Shown here one piece after another: positions 11,594 through 24,707 of a stretch of 64,000 nt of DNA. The position numbers and the translations under genes are program-made. Source of the DNA: Malacoraja senta (taxonomy: Eukaryota); the NCBI GenBank assembly GCA_038087875.1, contig CM075986.1, positions 20,026,001-20,090,000 of the forward strand, in the 5' to 3' direction. Each line of letters opens with the position of its first letter. Within the stretch, counting starts at the first letter, position 1. Below the pieces are notes generated by a model. That model had not been told where the DNA came from and did not search any database. It saw only the letters and a list, made by a program, of their open reading frames with translations.

Positions 11594-12149
11594 TTTTCAT
11601 CTGTCCCTTCTTGAAGTACCATGGCTGTAACAGGGAACCTAGCCCAAGTTATTAAGATTCTGGTGGTTGTTGTAAGATCTGAATGTAGTTGAATCTGTCT
11701 TTCTCTTGCAAAGTTGTCAATACTTTCCTTGCTTTTGGGTTTATTAAAAGCGAACATTAAGTGCAAAATGCAATGAAGTCTAACAATAAAATTGTATTGG
11801 GCTATTTCTCTGTATCCCTTAAAGCTGCTTCAAATAGCATTTGGGTCATTAATGAGGACCCAAAGCTTGCTTCTAATCCAGCCTACTGCTTAATGCAATT
11901 GCAAATCTCAGACTTGGTTAACTTTGCAGATATTCCTTGTGGCTTTTTGGTAGTTGAAAGATCCAGTGATCTTGTCTACAAACAGACCTTGCTTTGGTCA
12001 TTGGTAGCAGACATAGATACGGACATAGATACGGACTGCAGAAGGGGATACGACTCTGTGAGAGCCCTCTTGTAGACATAGTGTTCCTTTATCTTTATGT
12101 GGTAATCCGAGAGCACGTCGATCCAACCGGTACCTGACTGGGACTCTAG

Positions 12150-12572
12150 GTGTTGGAAGGAATGGCAGATGCTGGTTTAAACTGAAGATAGACACAAAAA
12201 GCTGGACTAACTCAGTGGGTCTGAAGAAAACGAAGAGGTGGCGTTTCGGGTCGAGACCCTTCTTCAGACTGAGAGTCAGGGTAAAGGGAAATGAGAGATA
12301 TGTAGATGATGATTTAGAAAGATATAGAACAAATATGGATGAAATACTTGCAAAAAGTAACAATGATCAGGGAAAGGTGGAGCCCACAATGGTCCATTGT
12401 TGGCTGTGGGCTAGGTGATAATGAGTTATACAGCCAGTGAAACTCAACAGGATGACAGTGAAACTAGAACGATAACTTAGGTGGGGGAGGGCAGGAGAGA
12501 GAGGGGATGCAAGGGTTACTTGAAGTTAGAGAAATCAATATTCATTTCGCTGGGTTGCAAGCTGTCCAAACT
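12150..12572 (-). mobile_element. Penelope-like 3' end
   Basis: End of the GIY-YIG (MNIDFSNFK) plus tail. Related copy on + at ~55370-55620. Confidence 0.8.
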
Positions 12573-13074
12573 GGGACTATAGGTGTTGGGTTTGGCTGCG
12601 AGAACAATGTGGGGGGGGGGAACTAAGTCTCAGAAGTGTGAGGGTATTAGCATTGCATTGAAGGGTTAGAGCCCTTGCATTCAATTTTCAAATGCATAAT
12701 CATATACACAAAGTAGAATTGCTAAGGGGTTCAATGGCACATTGCTATGTTTTAGCACTACGTAATTAGATAGCATTTTATTTCCAAGGAGAATTCTGAT
12801 GAGGACCATTTCTAGGTCTTCCCTGCATTACTTCATGAAGTTGGCCAGGCTCTTCCTGGTACTGGTCACCCTAATGCACCTGATGTGATTATATCATTGC
12901 CCATGCCACGGCCCTTGTGGAGCACCATTGGCCACTCCTAGGTCTACTCAAAACAAAGCTGGATCGGGACCTTTCTCATGTACGCCCTGGTTAGCTTTCA
13001 TCCCTCCAAGGTCTTCCCAAGTGCCATTGTTACAGGGATCCCCCACTCTCTCTGATGCCTCTCTCAATGTTTAA

Positions 13075-13540
13075 GAAGATTTAAGAGGATGTTGCCAGGA
13101 CTCTAGTGCCGGAGCTATAGGGAGAGTTTAAGCAGGCTAGAACTCTATTCCTTGGGGCGCAGGAGGATGAGGGGGTGATGTTCTAGAGATATCCAAAATC
13201 ATGAGAAGAATCGACCAGGTAAACGCACAGATTATTGCCCAGGGTAGGAGAATCGAGAACTAGAGGACGTAGGTTTAAGGTGAGGGGGGGGGGGAAGATG
13301 AAATAGGAACCTGAGGGGTAACTTTTTTTAACAAGGGCTGTAGCTGTATGGAATGAGCTGCCAGAGGAGGTAGTTGAGGCAACATTTAAGGAGCATTTAG
13401 ATAGGTTCATGGATAGGATAGATTTAGAGGGATATGGGCCAACCACAGGCAAATGGGACTAATGTAGATGGAGCTTGTTGGTCGGAGTGGGCAAGTTGGG
13501 CTGAAAAGCCTGTTTCAGCGCTGCATAACTATATGACCCT
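13075..13540 (+). mobile_element. CR1 3' fragment
   Basis: AGGATGTTGCCAGGA...GGAATGAGCTGCCAGAGGAGG...GGGCTGAA..GCCTGTTTC motifs. Confidence 0.78.
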
Positions 13541-13931
13541 GTACTCAGGAAACTCCAAGAAAAAACCCAGCCTTTGACTTTCACCCCCTGATCCAGCAAT
13601 CTCTTGGGGGCTCCCATAATGGTCCCATCTTCCAACCACTACCAATTAGCATGCTGTTACCCCAATCATAGACTACGAATGTCCTCTCCACCATACGATG
13701 GGTCCACACCCTGATAGTTCTCACCCTGCCCCTCTCAATACAAGTGACAGTCGCCACAGAGGATCTTTAACTAAACTTCTGCTGCATTGCCTATCCAGCT
13801 CAACTATTTCGGATTGGTACATAGATAGGAAAGGTTTGGAAGGACAAAGGGTGGTGTGTGTATGGAATGAGCTGCTGGACGAGGTAGTTGAGGCAGGTAC
13901 TATTGCAACGGTTAAGAAGCATTAAGATAAG

Positions 13932-14282
13932 AATGGATGAAATGTTATACTCTGAAATGTACGAATATATCTCAAACGAAGTTTTTTATCTTAATAAATT
14001 TTTCCATTCTTCTTTAACTATCTTTTTCTTTTCTGTTTTCTTTTTTTTTTTTCTTTTTTTTTTTTCTTTCTTTCTCTCTCTTTTCTTTCTTTACTTCATC
14101 TATCTTTTTAGTTCTATCTCGTTTAAAAAAATAAATAAAATAAAAAAAAAAAATAAGGCAAAAGGTATTGGAGACAATGTAATAATAATTGACAATATTA
14201 TCAATTAAAAAATGTAAGACTGTTAATGATGATAATATGTCGTGTACTTATCTCCAATAAAAAATATTTTCAACAAAAAAAA
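13932..14282 (+). mobile_element. L1/Tx1-type 3' end (AATAAA + poly-A)
   Basis: 8-bp TSD AAGATAAG (13924-13931 / 14283-14290). Inserted in a CR1 tail. Confidence 0.6.
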
Positions 14283-17159
14283 AAGATAAGTACATGGATA
14301 GTATAGGTTTAGAGGCATATGGGCCAAACGCAGGCAGGCGGGACTAGTGTAGATGCGGCACCGTGATTGGCATGAATAAGTTGGGCTGAAGGACCTGTAA
14401 CCGTGCTGTATGACTATGAGAATTTGTAGACGATATACTATTGAGGAGTTGCACCCTCAGTGTATGCAACTTTTGAACATTCACCCTTCAAGCGAAAGAT
14501 ATGCCCAACGGGTGTAAAGATGATTAATTAGCCTGTCAGTCACGTCTGGTGACCACTATAAATTACTGAGGTTGATTTAATGCACCTACTTTATATGCAA
14601 CAGCTCACCACTATTTTCTGAAGGAGCTTACTTCATTGTACTGGGGATGAAATTGCTGCAGGATCTTTTATATTCTCACCTTCTTTCTTCACATTTTGAG
14701 ATTGACTTTACTTTGGTAACGGTATGATCTTTTTACTGTGGTTCAGACACCCATCATGCCTGTTTCCAACTCAGCGATTGATGTTCGAAGTAAATTCATC
14801 ACAAAGGCAGTAAATAGCAGCAGGACAGGAACCCAGCGCATCTTTATCTGTCACATGAATTGAGACGGTGTAGATGAATCCTTTTGAACACAGAATGCCT
14901 TTTTCAACATGAACAGTCTCTCAATATCAAAATGATTATATGGGAGCTTGGTTTTGTCACTTATCCCTGTTTGAGGCATAAAGAAGACTGGGTAAACCTG
15001 ACAATGACACCCTTAATTTGGAAAAATAGACACAAAGTGCTGGAGGGTCAGGCAGCATCCTTGGAGAACCTGGACAGGTGACGTTTCGGGTCAGGACCCT
15101 TCTTCAGAAGGTTTCTACCCTTTACCTGGTCTACATGAAACTAGTCAACAGAGTCTAATTGGTTGACGTCAATAACAGACGTCAATAAGTCGAATGTTTC
15201 CGACAATTTGACTTATTCAGTAACTATGTTTGCTTTAGGTATTTAGAACATTTAATTTGACACTGCAGAAGCTGCTCATCCATTAAAATTCCAATTTAAA
15301 ATACTATAGTTTAGAACAAAACCTATTTTGCTGAGAAATAATTAATTATGATGTTGTTTAATTTTATACATTTTATCTCAAAGCCTTTATTGCATGATTT
15401 TCTTGTGGGAAATAAATTTCAGTTCATTATCCAAGATGGCAGAAAGGACGTTAACTGCAATTCTAATCCTCATTCAATCTTAATAATGATCTTTCAAAAT
15501 TAAGCAAGTGAGCTTTAATGAACTGATGAAAGGGTATGAATGTGGAAAACATATTTACAGTAATTTATCTTCGGTTGCTACATCTATGCAATGCTCTGAT
15601 TAGATCCTATCTTGAGCACCCTCTACAAGGCTTCATTCAATTATAGAGTCATAGAATCGTAGTGATTTAGCTCATATCAGAGAGGGTCATTTAGTCAGAG
15701 AGCTGTACAGTATAGAAATGGGCCCTTCATCCACCTTGTCCATGCAACAAAACTGGCACATTGGGCTTGTCCATTTGCCTTCATTCGGACCATAGCCCTC
15801 TAAACCCTTCCTATCCAGATACCTGTCCAGATCTTTCAAAAGTTGCAATTGTATCTGCTTCAATAGCTTCCTCTGGCAGCTCATTCCGGATAAGGATTAC
15901 CTTCTGAGTGGAAAAGGTTCTCACTGATGTCCCTCTTAAATCTTCCCCCTCTCATCATTAGCCTATGCCCTCTCATTTGAGAATCCTCTACTCTGGGGAG
16001 ACTGTGAGTGTTCACTTTGTGCATGCCCCTAATGATCTTGTACCCTCAGCCTGGTCTAGTATATATATGGAAATGGAAAAAGGTTGCCCAGCAAGTTAGG
16101 TGGCATCTGTGAAGAGAGGGCAAAAATAAAGTGGCCATGAGAATCTCTGTCATCTTGTGCTGTCACCTCTCTGCCATTTGTCATTAACTCATTCAACCTT
16201 CTTGTGTTCTTGGTATCCTGTCTCACCCATCTTTCTCAATGTTCTAAAACTTACTTTATCACTAACAACTCGAGAGTTTGATCATCGTAATGAAAGATCA
16301 TCACCATGAAACATTGACTTTGTCTCTCTCTCTGCAGATGTTGCTTGACCTGCAACATATTTCCAAAACTTTCTGCTTTTATTTCAGATTCCCAGCATCT
16401 GCATTATTTTGCTTTTTGCTGTGTTTTGTTATGTGGGGAGTTGAGGGATGTAAGCAATTAGTGTCATGATGTAAGTTGGCCAAGAATTAACTGAACATTG
16501 GAAAACGTTGGAGGAGGGGGGGGGGGGGAAGGAATAGGTGGTTGAAGGTTGAACTCATTCCTTCCTGGGTATAAAATGGAAATATTTAGTTTGGGTCGAA
16601 GTCAGTAAGTGAAATGGCTGGAGATACAAGGAACTGCAGATGTTGGAATCTTGAGCAAGATACTAGGTGGTGGTGTAACTCAGCAGGTCAGGAGGCATCT
16701 GTGGAGAAAATGGATAACAGAGTATGAAAAAGGTTCCGGACTCAATACATCGTATAGAATCAATACGTCCCTGCTGCCTGACCAGCTGAATTACTCCAGC
16801 ACTTTGTGTTTTACTCGTTAAATTACAGATTCTTTAAAACCTTAAAGGATGGCACTTTGAACATCCTGTTCCCAAAAAGAAACACATTTCCATGAGTAAG
16901 ATATGTAATGATGATTGGGTTACTTGGTCTTTTTTTAGTGTTTGTTATTCGAGATACTTTCTACAATGGAAAGTGACAAATTAATTTCATGAGTAATAAG
17001 CCAGTGTTTGGGCTGTAAAGAGCAAAGTCAGGCCATCAGTGAGGGCAGAGGGTGGTGGCAACTGATGGAACAGCGGGCAAGGAAGGGTTCCTCCTCTGTC
17101 TCAAATCCGCAGGGAGATTAGTTTCACACTTTCATTATTTACGATGCTGCTCTTTGCTT

Positions 17160-17470
17160 TGCACAGTGGTGCAGCGGTAGAGTTGCTGCCTTTCAGTGCT
17201 TACAGCGCCAGAGACCCGGGTTTGATCCTGACTAACGGGTGCTGTCGGTACGGAGTTTGTACGTCCTCCCCATGACCTGCATGGATTTTCTCTGAGATCT
17301 TCGGTTTCCCTCCCACACTCCAAAGACGTGCAGGTTTGTAGGCTAATTGGCTTGGTATAAATGTAAATTTCCCTAGTGTGTGTAGGATAGTGTTAATGTG
17401 AGGGGATCGCTGGTCGGTGCAGACTCGTTGGGCCGAAGGGCCTGTTTCCATGCTGTATCTCTAAAACTAA
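17160..17470 (+). mobile_element. tRNA-derived V-SINE (HE1-like), full length
   Basis: tRNA-like head (TGGTGCAGCGG..GGTTTGATCC), V-domain (GGTTTCCCTCCCACACTCCAAAGA), CR1/HER1-derived tail GGGCCGAAGGGCCTGTTTCC. Confidence 0.85.
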
Positions 17471-18282
17471 ATCAAAAACGAAATTTAATCTCAGGAAGCC
17501 TAGTTTCTTTCACTCTCAGCATTAGGGTCTGATACTTTCATTAGGTCTGGCCCTGGTTAAAAATGAAGGTGGGCTGCCTGATCAACCAGCTGGTAGGAGT
17601 TTGATGCAACTGAAAGGCTCCCTGCTCTGTTTCAAGCAGCAGTTAATATTCAACTGTTTCTTAAAGCCAGGCCTCATAAAGATAGGTTAATAAAGATAGG
17701 TTTTGTAAAATAAACCAATAGTTTTATTGACTGGTTGGTGTCACGTTTACTGACACCAATGTTTTAAAACTGAATTCAAATTCTCAAACTGCCATTCTAG
17801 GAGTAGATTGATGGATTCCCAGTTAAATAAACATACTTGCTTATACATCTCTGTTTTACCACTCCAGCTTCATAACCATGGTGTTATTCTACCCCATTAT
17901 CACTTTTCTTTATTAACTAATCTAGCTGGTTAACACCTCTATATTCAATAACTCATAACTAGGACATTAAATTCAAGCTTATTAGTTTTACTAACCGTGT
18001 TTTACTAACAAACAACACTTCTAGAATCAAAAGTTCCAAGTGAGAGTGGAAGCATCATTTTTATTTGTATATCCTAATTAGTTTCCTAAGATCCTAAGCA
18101 GATTCGATCAGGAAACATTAAATCTCACTTTCTGCCTATTTGGTTACAGGCCAAGAAGACACTAAGTGCTGAAGTAAATGAGGTTTCATGTCAGGGCCCT
18201 TCTTCAGTCTGCCTGACCCGCTGAGCTGAGCTACTCCAGCACTCTGTGTCTTCTTTTGAAAACCAGCAGCTGCAGTTCCTTG

Positions 18283-18524
18283 GTAGACAAAAGTGCTGGA
18301 GAAACTCAGCGGGTGCAGCAGCGTCTATGGAGCGAAGGAAATAGGCAACGTTTCGGCCCGAAACCCTGAAGGAAATAGGCAACGTTTCGGGACGAAACCC
18401 GGAAGGGTTTCGGCCCAAAACGTTGCCTATTTCCTTCGCTCCATAGATGCTGCCGCACCCGCTGAGTTTCTCCAGTACTTTTGTCTACCTTCGATTTTCC
18501 AGCATCTGCAGTTTCCTTCTTGAA
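18283..18524. mobile_element. Palindromic Penelope-tail unit with internal duplication
   Basis: Inverted tails. 13-bp TSD CTGCAGTTCCTTG (18270-18282 / 18525-18537). Inserted in an older Penelope tail. Confidence 0.8.
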
Positions 18525-19275
18525 CTGCAGTTCCTTGTTTCTTGGGCCTTGTTTCTGGAGCCTGCAAGGAATGCTCTCTTCTCCTGCCTAGAAGTGAGTT
18601 AAACATTGGACCTACTGTATCTGTGAACTAAACCATACTTACTTCTCACTTCAAGCTACTGGAGTAACTCGGCAGGTCAGGCAGCATCTCTGAAGAAAGA
18701 GGAGATTAAAAAAATTACCGACTTGTAAAACTCACACAAATTTATCAAATTTAAACCCAGAGAGTTGTGAATCTGTGGAATTCTCTGCCACAGAAGGCAG
18801 TGGAGGGCAATTTGCTGGGTGTTTTCAAGATAGTTCGATATAGCTCTTAGGGTTAATGGAATCAAGGGATATGGGGAGAAAGCAGGAATGGGGTACTGAT
18901 GTTGGATGATCAGCCATGATCATATTGAATGGCGGCGCTGGCTCGAAGGGCTGAATGGCCTACGCCTGCGCCTATTTTCTATGTTTCTATGTTAAAATGA
19001 AAGTCAACTGACCAATTTTCTTTCCTGAAAACAACAAACAGTCATGGAGGTGAATAAATGAGATGCAGATTGACATGTTTAAGAAACTGCAGATGCTGGA
19101 AAAATCAAAGGTAGACAAAAAAGCTGGAAAAACTCAGTGGGGCAGGCAACATCTATGGAGAGAAGGAATAGGCGACATTTCGGGTCGAGACCCTTCTTCA
19201 GACCGATGTCGGGGGGGGGGGGGGGCTGGAAAAAGAAAGGAAGAGGCGGAAACAGTAGATTGGCGGATAGTCGGT

Positions 19276-19488
19276 GACTAAACCGTCTCCCCCACCTGGT
19301 TTGACAGGTGAGGAGGGAGCTGTGAACCCCCAGCAGGACCAAAAACAAGACCTGTCAAAGGGCGGATGAGCTTCTAGCGGGCCAACGGCCATCCACACTT
19401 CAGTAGAAGTTGCGATCAATGTTGTACATAGCTTTGTAAGGCACCGTGCCCGTTGATGGTTTCAACGATGATGATGATGATGATGATG
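19276..19488 (+). mobile_element. Short structured retroposon with (GAT)n tail (RTE-type?)
   Basis: (GAT)7 tail preceded by hairpin CGTTGA/TCAACG. Family assignment tentative. Confidence 0.45.
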
Positions 19489-19582
19489 GTATAAAGAGGG
19501 GACGTTCTATTTAATAATCAAGCAGGAAAGTTACATTGAACTGGTTCCAATAATAATATTGTTTTATCTCTCATGTGTTCAG

Positions 19583-19799
19583 TCCAGGCAGACCCCAGAA
19601 GGAGAGTTCTTACCCCTGGATCAGTGTGAGTTGGATGTCGGCTTTGGCACTGGTGCCGACCAACTGTTCCTTGTTTCACCCCTGACTATTTCCCATGAAA
19701 TAACCCCTGCCAGCCCCTTCTTTGATCTATCCCAACGATCTCTCCGAAGTGATCAGTTTGAGATTGTGGTGATACTGGAAGGAATTGTCGAGACTACTG
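19583..19799 (+). CDS. KCNJ3: KCNJ3/GIRK1 (Kir3.1)-like inward-rectifier K+ channel, internal coding exon (exon 2)
   Basis: Translates [40 protein letters not shown]...[13 protein letters not shown](G), the Kir3.1 cytoplasmic domain. Bounded by ttcag| (AG 19581-19582) and |gtaagt (GT 19800-19801). 217 bp, phase 0/1, as recalled for mammalian KCNJ3 exon 2. Ortholog versus paralog not resolved. Confidence 0.93.
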
Positions 19800-20174
19800 G
19801 TAAGTCCGTTTATTTCTGCAGGTCGTTAACTTATTTTATTTCCTCTTTGTATATAATCAGTAATACTTCCAACTGCCTCCTGTGTCCTTTTACTCATCAA
19901 GATTTTTCATTGTGGAATGTCATTAGGTTTAACTGGACATAAGCTTGAATGAGGGCAGAGAAGGTTTACAAGGATGTTGCCAGGACTCGAGGGCCTGAGC
20001 TACAGTGGACAGATCTACAGCTTAATTCCTTAGAGCGCAGGAGGCTGAGGGATGATCTTATAGAGGTGTATAAAAAGAGGAAGATTTATTAGGAACCTAA
20101 GGGGCAACTTTCTCACTTAGAAGGTGGTGGGTACGTGAAATAAGCAACAAGCTGGAATCTTGAACAAATCACAG

Positions 20175-20675
20175 CTTGGTTTGGGAACAGCTGCATCCAA
20201 GACTGCAAGAAATTACAGCTAATTGTGGATACAGCCCAGACCATCACACAAACTAACCCCCTTTCTATTCACTCCATTTATTCCTCACGCTTCCTCGGCA
20301 AGGCCAGCAGCATAATCAAGGAGGAGTCGCACCCTGGCCACTCCCTCGTCTCCCCTCTTCCATCATGCAAAAGGTATAGAAGTGTGAAAACGCACACCTC
20401 CAGATTCAGGGACAGTTTCTTCCCAGCTGTTGTCAGGCAACTGAATCATCCTACCACAACCAGAGAGCAGTGCTGAACTATTATCTACCTCATTGGTGAC
20501 CCTCGGATTATCCTTGATCGGACTTTGCTGCTTTTACCTTGCACTAAATGTTATTCCTTTATCATGCGTCTATACACTGTAAATGGCTCGATTGTAATCA
20601 TGTATTTTCTTTCTGCTGAACGCAACAAAAGCTTTTCACTGTACCTCGGTACACGTGACAATAAACTAAACTGAC
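20175..20675 (+). mobile_element. Rex1/Babar-like 3' fragment
   Basis: SHPGHSL..PLPS.KRYRS...TSRFRDSFFP motif and TGACAATAAA tail. Related pieces at ~1-140, 21560-22240, 25225-25640, 27670-28300, 57810-58550, 63790-64000. Confidence 0.78.
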
Positions 20676-22359
20676 CTGAAGTGCTGGAGTAATTCAATGG
20701 GTCAGGCAGTATCTGTGGAGGGACCCTTCTTCAGAGTGATTGTGGTAAGGGGCAGAAAGCTGGGAAAGAGAGGTAGAGACAGGACAAAGTCTGGCAAGTG
20801 CTAGGTGGATATAGGTAAGGGGGTTGATTAGCAAATGAGTGGATAAAGGCTGGAGCTGAAAATCAGACAAAGGGTGACCAACATAGACAAAAGGGTGTTA
20901 GTTGAGAAACGAAGGGGAAGTGAAGCCAGAGGGAGGGATATACGTCGGTAAAAAGGGGATGAGAAAGTGTTATAATCCTCTTGTTCTTGTGAAAAGACAC
21001 GAGTAACCCAGCAGAAACTTTCAAGCAAAGCAATCCATAATTTTGCTTTAAAAGTCAATCAGAAGAATCTGGTTGCGTGCTATCCTTTATTTCATCAGCA
21101 CAATGTATGTTTTTATTACATTTCAATCACACAAAAGTACTGAAGGAAAAATTGCTGCCAGGCATAACATGGACCATTCAGGAGGGTCTCGACCAGGAAC
21201 GTCACCCACACATGTTCTCCAGAGATGCTGCCTGACTCGTTGAGTTACTCCAGCACTTTGTGTCCTTTTATGTAAAACAGCATCTGCAATTCCTCGTGTC
21301 TATGTTCTCTACTTGGTTTGTTGTTTATGTGGCATCGGTTGCTGTCATCGGTTGGAACGCAACATACCAACCTAGTTGAGATATTTGTCAGCGGTGAAAC
21401 TAACATGATTATAGAATTTACTGAGAGAGAAAGTCTTCCAAGATGTACAAGTAATTTAAAATTTAGGCTTAGAACTGTATAAAGTGCAAACAGTCAGTAG
21501 TCTGAAATTATGAGTAAAGTCTGGTTTCCATATAACTCAACTGTTTTTGATAAAGGCATCAGGAACAGGAATAGGAATTGAAGTTCAAACAACCAAATAT
21601 TTAGATATAATAAAATAACAATTAATACATTAAGAACCAAACCATAATAGTGCAAAACCTAATTCCGTAGTGCAACCAAAACAACGTCCACAGTAGATCA
21701 TAGTTGCTGAGGTAAGGCTGTGGTTAGTGTTGTGCAGTGTTCAAGTGCCTGATAATTGAACACATCAATTAAGAAGCTGTTCTTGAACATGGAGGCTCCA
21801 GCAACATCTTTCCGATGGTAGGAGCAAATTGAGAGGCCAGGATGGCGTGGGCTTTGATGATACTGGCAGCCCTTCTGAGGCACCGCCTCCTGTAGATCCC
21901 TTCAATGGTGGGGAGGTCAGTGCCCGTGATGGACCTGGCAAAGCCTCACACTTTGTGTAGCCTCTTTCATTCCTCGGTGATTGAGTTGCCGAACCAAGCT
22001 ACCAATCAATATGCTCGTTGCTGTATACCCGTAGAACTTCGATAGGTATTCGGTGATATACCGAATCTCCTCAATCTTCTAAAGAAGTGGAGGCATCGAT
22101 GAGCTTTCTTTGTGATTGCATCAATGTGCTGTGCCCAGGACAAATCTTCAGCGATAAGCAAACCCAAGAACTCTCCACCACCTTCTCTCCACCACCTTCT
22201 CGTCCATAAAGACAGCTTTGTGGATCCTCAGCTTTCCCTCCCTGATGTTTCCTCCCACATCCCAAAGATGTTCAGATTAGGTGGATAGTTGGCCTCTGTA
22301 AATGAGCCCCTATTGTGTCAGCTGTGGATGAGAAAATGGGAAAACATAGAAACATAAAC

Positions 22360-23492
22360 CATTGTGCCAGAGCTACTACACTCCAAACTTTCCGAGTTGA
22401 CTGTGCCTGAACCTCTCTGTCAGTGGATCACCAACTTCCTGACAGTCAGGAAGCAGCATGTGAGGCTGGGAAAGCACATCTCGGACCCGCAAACGCTCAG
22501 CATAGGAGCACCGCAAGGCTGCGTACTCTCCCCTCTCCTCTACTCTCTCTAAACCAATGATGCACCTCCACAGACACCTCTGTCAAGCTTCTCAAGTTTG
22601 CAGATGACACAACCCTGATTGGACTGATCCAGGATGGGGATGAATCTGCCTACAGACAGGAAGTGTCATAGCTGGCGTCCTGGTGCCGTCGCAACAACCT
22701 AGAGCTCAATGCTCTTAAGACAGTGGAATTGATTGTAGACTTTAGGAGAGCTCCCCCTCCCCTCACCCCACTCAGCATCAACAACACCACAGTCACATCT
22801 GTGGAGTATCTTAAGTTCCTGGGAACCATCATCTCCAAGGACCTTACGTGGGGGGGGGGGGCTACCATCGACTCCACAGTCAAAAAGGCACAACAGAGGA
22901 TGTACTTCCTACGGCAGCTGAGGAAGCACAATCTGCCACAGGCAATGATGGTCCAATTCTACACGGCCATCGTAGAGTCTGTTCTCACCTTCTCCATCAT
23001 GGTCTGGTTTGGTTCAGCCACCAAGCACGACACCTGGAGGCTGCAGCGAATCGTCCGATCAGCAGAGAAGATTATTGGCTGCAACCTTCTCTCCATTGAT
23101 GAACTGTACACTGCAAGGGCCAGGAAGCGAGCAGACAAGATCATCTCTGACCCCTCTCACCCTGGCCACAAACTCTTTGAATCACTTCCCTCTGGAAGGC
23201 GACTCCGGACTGTCAAAGCTGCCACAGCCAGACATAAAAACAGTTTTTATCCACGAGTAGTTGCTCTACTCAACAGCCAAAAATCTGTAGCCTCCCTTTG
23301 ATCTGGTATTTTGTTGGTTCACATGCTTGATCAATGGTGTTTTATCATTACTGTCTTATTATTATTAATGTTTAGTGTTTTCTGAGTCATTCGTAACTGT
23401 CACTGTATGTCATGTTGTTACTTGTGGGCGGAGCACCAAGGCAAATTCCTTGTATGTGAATACTTGGCCAATAAACTTACTTACTTACTTAC
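22360..23492 (+). mobile_element. 5'-truncated Rex1/Babar-like LINE (RT pseudogene)
   Basis: GAPQGCVLSPLLYSL*, then FADDTT, ELIVDFRR, KKAQQRMYFLRQLRK. Stops and a frameshift. AATAAA + (TACT)n tail. Confidence 0.85.
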
Positions 23493-24653
23493 TTAGTGTG
23501 AATGGCTGATTGATGGTTGTCGTGGACTTGGTGGGCAGAAGGACCTGTTTCCATGCTGTATCGTTGTACTAAACTAAACTGAAGTGTCTGGCAGAGCTGT
23601 GCAGCATTGGAGTCTGAAATCTTAGTATGAAACCACATAATTCCAATGTTTGCCTTTACCAGGCAGGAGGTAAGCACTCTGCTCAGCAGCATTATCTCTT
23701 ATCAATGCCTGATTATATCAGAGTATAATCGTCTCCCTTATATTTCCAAGAAAAAGGATTGAAATCCATTTATTAAAATCTACGTAGATAGTGGGGGGGT
23801 TTTATGAGCTATTTCCTGCTTCGTGTTGGCTGGCCATTTTTCAATTCTTGTGACAAAGCAATAGAGAAAATAGCATTTTTTGATGATCTGTTTGGTCGTC
23901 TTTTTAATGAGGTTTGACAGTGCGAGAGAAAGGAAATGTTTTTATGTTTTCAACAAATCCGAGTAGTAAACAGTCTGAATGGTGTGGTCTTTGACAATAT
24001 TGGCTGCCTTTCTGAGACACCGCCTCCTCTAGATCCCTTCGATGCTGGGGAGGTCAGTACCTGTGATGGACCGGGCAATGCCCACCACTTCTTGTAGCCA
24101 CCTTCATCCACAGGCGTTTTGAGTTGTCAAACCAGGCCACGATGCAACCGGTCAGTACGTTTGCAGCGCGCCTTCACTGGAGGTTTTGGAGGGACCCCTT
24201 GCTTTTTTGCCTCCTTCTTGCTCAAACCATGCAACATTTCCAGGCATTTCCGTCAGTTTATGGGTGAGGAATCTCCACTCATCAAATATAAGATCAAAGG
24301 TACACAAAAATGCTGGAGAAACTCAGCGGGTGCAGCAGCATCTATGGAGCGAAGGAAATAGGCAACGTTTCAGGCCGAAACCCTTCTTCAGATCAAACTG
24401 TTTCACTAAAGAAGAAACTGTACGTGATTGGTGAGACCACACTTGGAGTACTGTGTGCTGCTCTGGTTGCCCAGCTAGAGGATGGATGTCATTAAATTGG
24501 AAAGGCTGCAGATGAGATTCACCAGGATGTTTTCAAGAGGGAGTTAGATTTAGCTCTTAGGGCTAAAGAATCAAAGTATATGGGGGGAAAAGCAGGAACG
24601 GGGTACTATTTTTCTAAGTTTCTATGTTTTTATGTTTCTTTATCTGGGCTTGT

Positions 24654-24707
24654 GGGGTGGGAGATTGCAACCTTCACGTGGTCCGCTCTGTTTCGACGAA
24701 TGCAATC
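24654..24707 (+). ncRNA. Minimal HDV-like ribozyme fold (54 nt)
   Basis: P1 GGGGTGG/CCGCTCT, P2 GATTGCA/TGCAATC, P3 ACC/GGT, L3 TTCACGT, mini-P4 T(TTCG)A, J4/2 CGAA. Folded by hand. Confidence 0.72.

Noticed and set aside
17160-17235. tRNA gene
   Set aside because: The A/B-box head continues into a V-domain and LINE tail, so it is a SINE rather than a tRNA. The same holds for the other copies.
1-19582. KCNJ3 exon 1 (transmembrane/pore region)
   Set aside because: No ORF with a TxGYG filter or Kir N-terminus in the track, so it must lie upstream of the window.
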